Positions 12,448-23,482 of a DNA stretch of 64,000 nucleotides are shown in pieces (the stretch's first letter is position 1; each line of letters opens with the position of its first letter). The position numbers and the translations under genes were made by a program. The DNA is taken from NCBI GenBank assembly GCA_965113315.1, contig OZ220372.1. One strand, given 5' to 3'. The notes below the pieces were generated by a model. That model searched no databases. It was not told where the DNA came from and was given only the letters and a program-made list of their open reading frames with translations. The stretch is from Podarcis vaucheri. Its lineage: Eukaryota.

Positions 12448-15400
12448 TGTTCTGCCCATCCATGCTTGTTCCCCACATTACCAGTATGGATTCCAGGAAA
12501 AGTAATTAGCAACTTGGCAAAGGAAACTTTGGGCCATTGTTTTTGTGAACATAAGGGAGGCGTGGGAGATCTGAGGAAGAGCGCTTGGAGCGGGCCCAAG
12601 CGCCTCTCATTGGTCAGTTGGGCCAGACCCGGGGAACACCTGTCTGAAGCCTGCTGGGATTGGCCAGTTGCCAGCAGCTGGATGATCTGGCCTGCCATTT
12701 GTCAGATCACTGGCCTGGCCTGTGGCCTGGTTGCAATACCACCACCACAGAAGATAAGCAGACTTAATAAATGAATGGTGCGAATGCAATCTAACAGTAT
12801 AATTATATGTATGTGTACTCAGAAGTGAGCCCCATTTAGTACAGTAGGACTTACTCTGGGTACATTTATATAGGATTGCAGCCTGAAGGAGCAATCCCTT
12901 CTCAACAGGCAGGTGGGTTTTGCGAGCCTGATGATAGCACACTGCAGACTGACAATGGTTATTTCAATAAGTAGCAAGAGACATGTACTTTCATCTGTGC
13001 ACACATGCTAATTATTTTGTTTGCAGCATGCCATATTTGCAAAGAACCAGACTGATTTAGTTTGATGACTGTTATTATGTATGGTTATAACCTGGTATAA
13101 CTTACTATTAAAGCAGAGGCAAAATATGCCTGTCTCTTTATCAGTTGATATGCGGAGTCTGTATATAAAAATTAGTTCACAGTGTTTCATAGAGTTCCCA
13201 GCAAACCAGAGACAGAAGGCTGTGGTCACTGGTGAGAATTTGTGATCTGTCCAATCTGTTACTGTCTGTTTCAAACAGGCCGGGGCATCTCCCCTGTCAA
13301 TCTGACATTGTACAATATATCCACTTATGGGTATTTGAAGGATCTGAATCTTTCCCCAACTAGGTAAGGAATCAAAACCAGGCCACAAGACTATGATCAC
13401 ATTGAAATTAAGCCTTATTACATTTTTTTAAAATCATTGTCTTATTTTCAGACTGCACTCCTATAAATATACACACCAGGGAGTAAATGCTGTTGGACAC
13501 AGTGAGACTTACTTACGACTCAGCATGCATAGGAATTGTACTGTAAAAACAGCAGAGTTAATAGATCTAATCAAAAGCATTCAAGAAATGGCATGTGGAT
13601 GCCATGACTAATCACCCTTCCCAACTTACAAGTCATGAAACAATAAATCATAATTTTGCAAAAATGTTATTTAGCAAACAACTCTAAATTTTCAGTGGTT
13701 TCCAAACAAGTATTAATCAATTACTGGATGAATCATTTGGGAGATGTGTGATACTGCTTTGAAAACAAAACAACAATCCCTAACATGATGAAAGTAAAGC
13801 TCTGATCTTCAGACTGTCCTGCCAAAGCAAATCTTACTCATTTCTGGCAGTGCCAGGTATTTTGACTTCCCAAGCAAAAGGATTTCTGGATGTTCCAGCT
13901 TCCTCCCACTTCAACCAGCCCTCTGGACTTTGCAGTACCAACGATATCATTGTGAGCTTTGCCTAATTGCTTGTGCATTTTCCTTTCCCACCAAATAACT
14001 TTGAGATTCTGGAGTGCAGCATTCATGTCCTGCTCTAGCTGCTTAGTACCACCATCATGCCATCTTCTCTTGCTTCTACAGGTGTCCCCATTCTTAACCA
14101 GCTGAGATTCAGGGCTTACCTAGATGGAAGCTTTCTCAATGGATGGTTTGGACCAGGCCCTGCTTGCAGGCGTCTAGTTGAGAATAGGATGATGGACTAG
14201 GTGGGCACTCTCCTGATCTAGCAGTGCTGTTCTTATGAATGCAAAGCTGGAAGTGAATGAAAGGCACTTCTGAAAATCCTTTGGGTCCCTTCAACCTCCT
14301 GATTCGCTACAGGAGAGATGTACCAACTACCTTATTCTAATTGTGCCAGAAAGCCTGCTTACCATTTTGACAAGTGGCAACAATTGAGGCCTGATGGGAT
14401 CACAAAGCAGGGTGGGTGGGGGTGGAGGCATCCTTGGCTCTCGTGTGACTGCTGGATAATGTGTTTCCTCCATTGGCTGCATGAGAGGCCCGTAAAGGAA
14501 AAATATTTTTTTGGCCAATTGCAGGCCACCTGTAAATTTGAAAGGCCTAATCACATGCCAGTTTGGGGCAAGTCACTCAAGGTGGACCTGAATGAAGCCT
14601 TTCCTTGTCTGGCTTCAAACAAGTTTGCCTGCTATCCATAAAAACTGATTGTGCTTGCACCGGGCAGTGCAGTCAGCAAATGGATGTCCCTTATCCTACC
14701 CAAATTCTGGCCCTTCTTGAAGGAAACGAGCAGTTTGTTTGAAAGTATTTGCTATAGAATTACTGGGTCACCATATTCAGTGCCATGGAGGAATTTCCCT
14801 GCAGACAAAATTGGGCTTGCCTGCAATAGTCACAACTTGCTAGCAGAAAAAGGCATTGGGTTGGATCCTCAGTCTTCTTAAGTAGGTGGGTTGTAACCCC
14901 ACCCCCATTTCCTCCGTCTGTGTATCAGGTACCAAATTAAAAGGGTACAGGGGGAAGATTCTGTCCAGTACTCAGACAGGGGCTATCAGGTCATAGAACT
15001 CCCCAAAATGGCATCCTCGAGAGATTGCCCATACATGGTGCTCATCATAGGGTGATCCAAAAACCCAGGATCAACCCTGTAGCAAACAAGCTGGTTGATT
15101 CAGGATACACACCCAATGACTTTGCCAAACATACTGACATCTGTGATCAATAAAGTTGTCACCAATTTGATTCCATTATATTAGTCCTGTTGTTATACAA
15201 CCCAGCCCACTGCGCCTGGGAACACAATTGCTGATTTGGCTCCATCTTTCGAGATCCCATTTTGTCATCTAGACTAGCAAAGATCTGTTTGGGCATTGTC
15301 GTCAGAAAGTCTATGTAGTTTGCTGGCAAGTAGCATGTCTGAGCTCTTCACCCCCGCCCACTGCCCCCCACCTTGCCAAAAGAACACTGTGCGACTCCAC

Positions 15401-15753
15401 TGAGTTTCCAGCCAATTAAGATGCTCAGGCTCACACATGTCTGCATTTGTGTAGCAACAAGAGTTCTGCTTGAATCAGAAATGTGTGCTTATGCATCTGG
15501 ATGGGATTGTAGCTATACCTGTGATTTTACTGGCAGCTTTTGAGGCTGACAGATTGGGGAAGGCGTGATTACAGCCAGCATAGGGAGCAGCAATGGATGG
15601 CATTGTGGGGCATTGCTGTTCACCTGTAGGGCATGATTGAAATTTCATGTTTCATCCTTGCAATTAGAGAAGATCAAGGCCACTGTATGGTTGGTTTGTA
15701 TTATCATGACCTCTTCAGGTCAAACCTTTGAATATGCCCAAGATAAATTGATG

Positions 15754-15979
15754 CAGTGATGGAGCTTCATGCTCCGGCACTGGGGGGCGGAGAGCAGGCG
15801 GGGACGGGGCTGACGAGCATCCTGGGGGTGCGACACGCCACCTGCAGGGGTGTGGTGCACGCTGCCTGTGGGGACGTGGCACCCAACGCGGGGGGGGGGA
15901 GCAGCCATGATGGCACCATGCCGGGATCGTGCTGCCGGGGGCGGTGCGCTCCCTCCACACTCCTCTTCCTCCACCAGTG
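15754..15979. mobile_element. GC-rich non-autonomous hAT element
   Basis: 8-bp TSD AATTGATG at 15746-15753 and 15980-15987. Imperfect TIRs CAGTGATGGAG / CTCCACCAGTG. Confidence 0.75.
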
Positions 15980-17348
15980 AATTGATGCAAAATCTTTGCA
16001 CTTAAAAATGCATGGACCAAAGTTGAAAGCTCAAAATGCAGAACACTGTAGCAGAGGTACCATTGATGAATTAGATCTAACAGCTTACAGCACAATCTTA
16101 ACCATATCTACTCAGAAGTAAAGCCGATTGACTTCATTGAGACATTCTCTCAGATAAGTGGATTTAAAATTGCAGCCATAGCTGTTCATGAGTTGCACTG
16201 GCTAGCTATGATCAAATTACAACAAACCCCATTATGTTTGCATAATTTTTCCCCAGTCAGTGTGATTCATAGACCACCTTACCTAGGACAGAGTTGTGGG
16301 TATGGTGAAGCAACATTTTAGCCAGATGGGTATGTTTCCTCAGTGAGAGGGATTGGTGAAACACTCTATTTCAATTTCTCTGCTTTGTTCACCACCACTG
16401 ATCAACCAAGCAGGCACATTGCAGCTTCCTGAGAACTTGTGGTTGCCAAGTGCACTGCTCCTTTCACAAGTAATGTATTTCCAAAGTGCTTGCTGCCACC
16501 ATACAGACACCAGTAAATACCTACTGAGTGCAGTATTACTAGCACTGGTTCTACAGCAGGACTCAAAGCTTTATTAGGACTGCACTGTTGTCTATGGATT
16601 CCAAATTCACAGCTGATTCAACTGATATTTTTATTGTTGTTTATTTGCTTCTTTCACAGGCTGCTTCCTTATATGTCACACGCAACCTTGTACTTTAGAT
16701 CAAGCAGGCAGTACACTTGATCTTAGCCTTGCTTTCTCCATCTGTCAAGCCATCAAGTGAGGTACAGGCTGAAGATGCACAGCTGAGGGAGCATGTGGCT
16801 TGTGGAGCATGTGGCTTGTGAATGCCTCCAGAGGCATTTATTTACTCTCTTCATTACAAAACATGCATATTGCTCCTTATAGGCATCATGAGAACTAATC
16901 ACTGAATATTGCCATACTGTTTGGCATAGACTGCTCTTATAAATGTGTAGCAGGGGTCACAAGTGTGTCATCTGCAGGTACCTCTGTGTTCACCAACATC
17001 CACTCCTTAAATACCCTGTTAACTCTGGCTCAATGGTACTCCTGGGTAAGCATGCAAAGCATTGCAGCCTTTTTATAATCCGCACCAGTCTATCAGACAA
17101 AGATTAACACCACCGGAGCTCTTGTCTTCAAAGATTTGCACCCTGTCCCCCTAAGAAAACCTCTTCATGAAAATTCACCAGCATTTTAGTGCCAATTTCT
17201 CATTATATACACGTTTGTATGCAATTTTCCAACTCACACATTCTTGCAAATGATTTCCCCCATTATAATTCATTTTCCCAACATAATGTACTAATATATG
17301 CATTTATTGGTGCACATTACTCTCCTATACGCATTTTTGTACACATTA

Positions 17349-17574
17349 CAGTGGTACTTTGGGTTACAGATGCTTCAGGTTACAGACTCCGCTAACCCAG
17401 AAATAGTACCTCGGGTTAAGAACTTCGCTTCAGGATGAGAACAGAAATTGGGCGGCGGTGGTGCAGCAGCAGTGGGAGGCCCCATTAGCTAAAGTGGTGC
17501 TTCAGGTTAAGAACAGTTTCAGGTTAAGAACGGACCTCCAGAACGAATTAAGTTCTTAAACCAAGGTATCACTG
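17349..17574. mobile_element. Tigger-like MITE, family A, nested in an AT-rich repeat (about 17150-17725; related copies at about 36500-36920, 54530-54930 and 60305-60760)
   Basis: TA|CAGTGGTAC...GGTATCACTG|TA. Confidence 0.85.
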
Positions 17575-18249
17575 TATTTGGCTAGACAACTGCAGTGCAA
17601 AATTCAGAGAAATGTGAATTTCAATGGATGGTTGTGCTTCAGCTAATATATTGTTTTAGAATATGAGACTTATGAGGTGGGTTCACCTTTAAATGTGAAC
17701 TGAATCAAATTTCTCCCTCATCCCTAGGAGAAAACAGTAAGAACAAGCAGCCTCACACTTTGCTCTTTAAATTTCTTCCCATTTCAAACATTATTGGTCA
17801 CAATTCAGTTTTGTTTGGGAGAAAATGAAACTGCGACCTGGATCAATAGTGCCAGACCACTTCCAGACTGTTAAAAATATAGCAAGGACAGACTGTGCAT
17901 TTTGAGGGAAATGCAAAGGCGCAGAAGACTTTGGGTATCAAAACACTCTTGTCTGCTAAGGTGCCAAATTTGAGATAAAAATAGAGGAGAAAGCCAAAGG
18001 CTATTAGCTGGAACGGAAATGCATAATAGACTGAATCATGAATTGTTCTGGGACACAACCTCAAGAGCATGCGTGGTCCTTTTTGGACCCAATCATTTGC
18101 CTACTTAAACCAGAGAGAGAGAAAAGTCATCCCATTGTTTAAAATGGCATGATCTTGTAGATGGTGCCAGAGTATGCAGCATTAGTCCTCTAGGGGATAT
18201 AGTTGATTCCCTTTATGAAATTGCCATGTTGATTCTCATTGTATGCTAA

Positions 18250-18594
18250 AGGGAAAGGGACCCCTGACAATTAAGTCCACCCGCATATGACCCGCAGTGC
18301 TCACCTTGCTTTACAGGCCGAGGGAGCTGGAGTTTGTCCGCTTCCGCAGACAGTTTTTCCGGATCATGTGGCTAAGCATGGTGAAACCAGAACAGCACAC
18401 AGAAACGTCGTTTAGCTTCCCGCCAGAGCGGTACCTATTTATCTACTTGCACTGGCATGCTTTTGAACTGCTAGGTTGGTGCTGTGGGTTAAACCACTAT
18501 GCTGCTTGGGCTTGCTGATCGAAAGGTCAGCGGTTCGGATCTCCACAATGGGGTGAGCTCCCGTTGTTTGGTCCCATCTCCTGCCAACCTAGCA
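18250..18594 (-). mobile_element. Sauria SINE with inverted 5' segment
   Basis: The 3' part is on the minus strand (18250-18479) and the 5' part on the plus strand (18481-18594). TSD is CATTGTATGCTAA. Confidence 0.85.
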
Positions 18595-19161
18595 TTGTAT
18601 GCTAATGAATGTTAATTATTAAATCAAACACTGTCAGAACAGGATTTTATTTATTTCATTTGTTTTTAAAACTCTCTAGTCTTCAGTGAGGAAATGAAGT
18701 ATGGGAGGAGGCTTAAGCAACCCAGAACTGTTGAAATGAGGCTGCTATTTTAGACTCACTTACTTGGGAGTAAGTTACAGATAGGTAGCCGTGTTGGTCT
18801 GCCATAGTCAAAATAAAAAAAAATTCCTTCCAGTAGCACCTACTGGGAGTAGCACCTATTGGGAGGAAGTCACATTGAACTCAGTAGGACTAAGTAGATA
18901 TGTGCATCATTGTTCTGAGCTTAGGTCCACATCAAGGGAAGGGATAGTGACTTGCTATGGTGGTGCAATTTCTTTGTCATGGGTATTGATGGTGCACTAT
19001 AAATTATAAATAATACTAGTACATCTAATGAGGATGGTGTAAGTTATCAGCAACTCTTTTGACAAATCAGGTGATCTTTCTTTCCTGGTAACCCATTATG
19101 CATAACAGGTTGTAAAATTAATCCCTCACCTTTTGCTTTCAGATTGCATTGAAGCCCATAT

Positions 19162-19216
19162 CATACCTGCCAACATTTCTCCAATGAAAACAGGGACATC
19201 CTATTTAGTAGTAGTA

Positions 19217-19263
<47 letters not shown>

Positions 19264-19537
19264 TTTACTATTTAGACCCTGCCCATCTAACTCAGTTGCC
19301 CCAGCCACTCTGGGCAGCTTCCAATATATCTAAATACATAACAAGACATTAAACATAAAAAACCCTATACAGGGCTGCCTTCAGATGGCTTGGGTGGTGG
19401 ATACCCTCCAACATTTCTTCAATGAAAACAGGGACATCCTAAGGAAAAGCGGGACATTCTAGGATCAAATCAGAAACCAGGATGGCTTCTGTAAATCTGG
19501 GACGGTCCCTGGAAAATAGGGACACTTGGAGGGTCTG
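19162..19537. mobile_element. hAT-like MITE with a duplicated left end enclosing (TAA)n and an L2-type tail
   Basis: Termini CATACCTGCCAA / TTGGAGGGTCTG. A 34-bp direct repeat lies at 19170-19203 and 19408-19441. GGGAC subterminal motifs are present. Confidence 0.6.
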
Positions 19538-19554
19538 TCATATGCACTGTCAAG

Positions 19555-19590
<36 letters not shown>

Positions 19591-20212
19591 GCCCCCATTT
19601 GTGTGTTCATCTTGCACCCAGCTGGCATTGCCAGCTGATGATATCCCACTCTACACCCCATGCCAGAAAATGACTTTTCTTTCTGCAATGTTTTGTCACG
19701 ACTGCCTATTTTCTTTTTGCCTTTTTTGAAAAGAACATTATCTACTTAGCAGCAAAACGACTACCTTCCAAAAATAAAACAAAACTATAAAACTGCTTGA
19801 AGGGGTGTGTTTCCTGATGTTAAGAGTAAGCAGGTCTCTCTCACAGCATGTTTCTCTTCAATACCCTTAGGCCTGGCTGCAATCTGAAACAGATATACTG
19901 GAGAGTAAAATGGGGCTTCCTTCTGAATAGACATGCAGAGAATTGCACTCTAAGACTGTGTATACACCATGCATTCAAAACACCCCTCTTAAGAAATCAT
20001 GGAAACTGTAGATTTCCCCTTTCAGAGCTTAAATTTGAAAGACCCTTAGGAAATTACAGTTCTGAGGTTTCTTAGGAAATATTTTTAAGATGTTCTTTAA
20101 ATGTATGCTGCAAACTTCCCAAATCTCTGTCCTGTCTTCAGGAAGTAGAGTCTTGAGGGTGGGGTGGTGATGGAGGAATTACATTTGAAATCAATATTCT
20201 ATTCAAGTTTTA

Positions 20213-20306
20213 GGCTGTAATTCTAACCACACTTACCTGGGAGTAAGCCCAGTTGAATACGTATAATGGGACTTGCTTCTGAGTATGCATGACTCAGATT
20301 GCAGGC
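20213..20306. repeat. Ancient ~90-bp palindromic MITE-like repeat (possibly PIF/Harbinger); decayed copies near 5430, 12785, 13455, 16095, 19875, 20895, 26650, 33345 and 36930
   Basis: Recurring GGCTGCAATCC...GGGAGTAAG...ACTTACTTCTGAGTA...GATTGCAGCC pattern. Confidence 0.55.
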
Positions 20307-20989
20307 TACAGCATCATGTTCTTTTCCTATACCTGTTTATCCTCATCTTCACCATTAATGAAATCCATGTTTCATTTCTTGCTGAGTAATCATGTCCATT
20401 GCAGCATGCACTCCAAGCCAAGTACGGTAAGTTACGGCAGAAAATGCAAACAAACAAACTTGAGAAATGTTTCACAAGCATGCCTTACACAGTCAATGTT
20501 CTACCACACACTGAAGTCACCACTTGTCGTGTTGGTTTGTACAATAAGCTCAATGGAGCAAGGTGTATTTTGACCACATGGTGGTTAGAGTTTTTCTCAT
20601 ACTTCCACTATGCCCCCTAATGGAAAAAAGGTAGATAGATGAATAAACTTGACTTATTATGCCAACCATGGCCAAGTGTATATTCATTTCATTCATCTTC
20701 TGGGCCTACCTAATAATATCCTGTGCAATGTTCATATTAAATCATTCAATAATTCTTTACAAGCTTAGTTTTTGATTGTTTTTTTCCCTCCTGAAGTATG
20801 AAGTTTGCATATTTTGATGTGCAACAGATTATGTTGAAAGAAACAAAGTCACATATATGTTTGTAAATCAATTTTTTAAAATTAAATATCAGCAAGGGTG
20901 CAGTCCTACGCATACTTGCTTGTGAATAGCCCCCTTCAACTTACTGGGGTTTCTTCTGGATAGACATGAAAAGTTAACTGGACCACATA

Positions 20990-21460
20990 TCGAAACAAAC
21001 AAACAAACAAACAAAAATCCTTCCAGTAGCACCTTAGAGACCAGCTAAGTTTGTTCTTGGTACGAGCTTTTGTGTGCATGCACGCTTCTTCAGATACACT
21101 GAAAGAGAAGTCACCAGACCCTTATACAGTGGTACATCTGGTTACGTACTTAATTTGTTCCGGAGGTCCGTTCTTAACCTGAAACTGTTCTTAACCTGAA
21201 GCACCACTTTAGCTAATGGGGCCTCCCGCTGCTGCTGTGCTGCTGCTGCACGATTTCTGTTCTCATCCTGAAGCAAAGTTCTTAACCCGAGGTAATATTT
21301 CTGGGTTAGCGGAGTCTGTAACCTGAAGCGTATGTAACCCGAGGTACCACTGTATATAGTGAGAGGGTGGGAAGGGGTATTACTCAGACATGTGGTGGGA
21401 ATGGGTGATTAGCTGATAGGTGTGGTAAACCAGTTGACGACTGTAAACGACTGCAATATG
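20990..21460. mobile_element. Penelope-like element end, interrupted by a Tigger MITE
   Basis: gtagcaccttagagacc motif plus a hammerhead-like core on the minus strand (21060-21097). Confidence 0.6.
21127..21352. mobile_element. Tigger-like MITE, family A
   Basis: TA|CAGTGGTAC...GAGGTACCACTG|TA. Confidence 0.85.
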
Positions 21461-21704
21461 TCGATTGTATTCTTGTTCCCCTCCATCAAATACGTAAAAT
21501 GATAACATTTTGAATACATTACCAGTGTATCCATCTTGGAATCTTTGATGAGATACATTTAAATATTATTGCACCTCATTGGGGACTGGGCCATTGATCC
21601 AGAAGAACGCTGCTGGATCAGGCCAATGGCCCATCTAGACCACCATCCTGTTCACACAGGGGCCAGCCAGTTGCCTGTGGGGATAAGCATTTAAAAGAAT
21701 AGTA

Positions 21705-21737
<33 letters not shown>

Positions 21738-21945
21738 TTAAGGCCGCAATGCTTCAGAATACCAGTTGCTGGAAATCAGCAGAGGGGAAGAGGGCTCTTG
21801 TGTTCAGGTTTTGCTTGAGGGATCCCCACAGGCAACTGGCCGGCCACTGTGTGAACAGTTTCCTGGACTAGAAGGGTCATTGGCTTGATTCAGGAGGCTC
21901 TTCTCATGTTCGTAGGTTCAATGATCCAATTCCCAATGCGGCACA

Positions 21946-21989
<44 letters not shown>

Positions 21990-22139
21990 GTAATAATGAT
22001 GCTGGTACATCATACCTACCGGATAACTGTGTCACTACTTATATCGTCTAAGTTGCATAGGACATATGCATCACAGTTCGACTTTCTTGTTATTGTTGTT
22101 CCTCTTATCGCCCGATGCCTCCCGGTGTCCCTCTCCCTC

Positions 22140-22305
22140 TCTCTGCGTCAAGAAGCGCGGAGCGCAATTAACGAAGCGCGTCAGTTTCACTCCGGAGAAG
22201 GGGAGGGAGGCGAGGAAGGAGGAGCGGGCGAGTGGGTGGGTGGGTGTTTCATTAAAAGACAGTGGCTGTTATGCGTTTATGACATCAGCCCCCTCGCTTA
22301 TATAC
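22140..22305 (+). promoter_or_regulatory. NTS promoter: CRE/AP-1-like elements and TATA box
   Basis: TGACATCA at 22280-22287, the proximal CRE/AP-1-like motif known from mammalian NT/N promoters, lies about 10 bp before TTATATA at 22298-22304. TGCGTCA at 22144-22150 and CGTCA at 22179-22183 lie upstream. Confidence 0.75.
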
Positions 22306-22524
22306 TTAGGGAATGACCCAGAGCTACCTTTATGGTCCAGACCTTCTGAAATCAGCTCAAGGCAGTAGGAAAGCCGAAAGACCTCTCAACTCTCTCTCTC
22401 CCTCTCTCTCTTTCTGTCTTTCCCGTGCGTTTCCCTCCCTCTCTCCGCGTGTGTGTCTCCCTCTCTCGCTCACACAGCTTGTCCTTTTCTTTGTACGGAC
22501 TTTACTTTCTAGAGGGAAAGAAGC

Positions 22525-22594
22525 ATGGCAAAACTGAGGGTGCAGCTAGTGTGCGCGATGCTCTTGGCGCTCGCCTCCTGGAGCCTGTGCTCAG
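22525..22594 (+). CDS. NTS: NTS exon 1 (signal peptide)
   Basis: MAKLRVQLVCAMLLALASWSLCS + G|gtaagt. Hydrophobic signal peptide resembling the pro-neurotensin N-terminus, with a phase-1 donor. Confidence 0.95.
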
Positions 22595-23443
22595 GTAAGT
22601 CCCGTTACTGCAGCCTCTCTCTGCAGGGCGAACGGCAAGGGGCGCCTCTTTTCGGGCTTGCCTCCCTCTCTGGCGAGGAGGAGGACGCGGGGCGATTTTA
22701 TGCTAAGCTGGGAGAGCCGCATGCAGGGGAGTCTGCGTTGCGAAATGCCTAGTCAATTGTGAAATACTTGGCCAGTTTCAAAGATTGGGCGCTGTGGTGG
22801 AGCCTCTCTCAGGAGGTGTCTAAACTCGGAGATTTATTGCAGTGTGCGTGTGCGCGCAAGACTAACATACAACTTTCAAGGGAGCGTGTGCGTGTGATTG
22901 CCAACGCGCGCGCGCTTTTCCTCTCTGCATCTGCTAAAAAAACGGACCAAATGTACCAAAATAGTTCACTATAAGCTATCTTGATACAGTTGGTCCCATC
23001 GAGGAAGATTCATTCTAGGACTCTGAAAACTGATGAACCACACCTGAAACCGACTGAAAAATTCCTATGGCTTTATCCAGTCTTGGATAGGCTTGCCGTG
23101 CGCTCAGTTCTACACATGGAGAAAGAAGGTGATTCTAGATCAAAACCTTTCAGTGAAAGGTATATCAAGACCCTTTAATGTGAAACAAACAATAGATCAA
23201 TTTTGAAGACAGGCAGCTGGGCTCTGGTCCTCAGGTCTACTATAAGTTTGCTGGCTAGTTTTAGGGCAGGTCACCTTTTTAACCTGTAATTCAGTTCTTT
23301 TTTGGTAAAATATAATGAGGAAAGTAATCTATCTCATAGGCTGTTGTGAGAACGAGGGTGCTTTCAGATGGACACTTAATATTGTTAATGGGTTGTTCAA
23401 ATATAAAAGGGTTATTGTCAACAGGTGGTGCACATATATGTGT

Positions 23444-23482
<39 letters not shown>

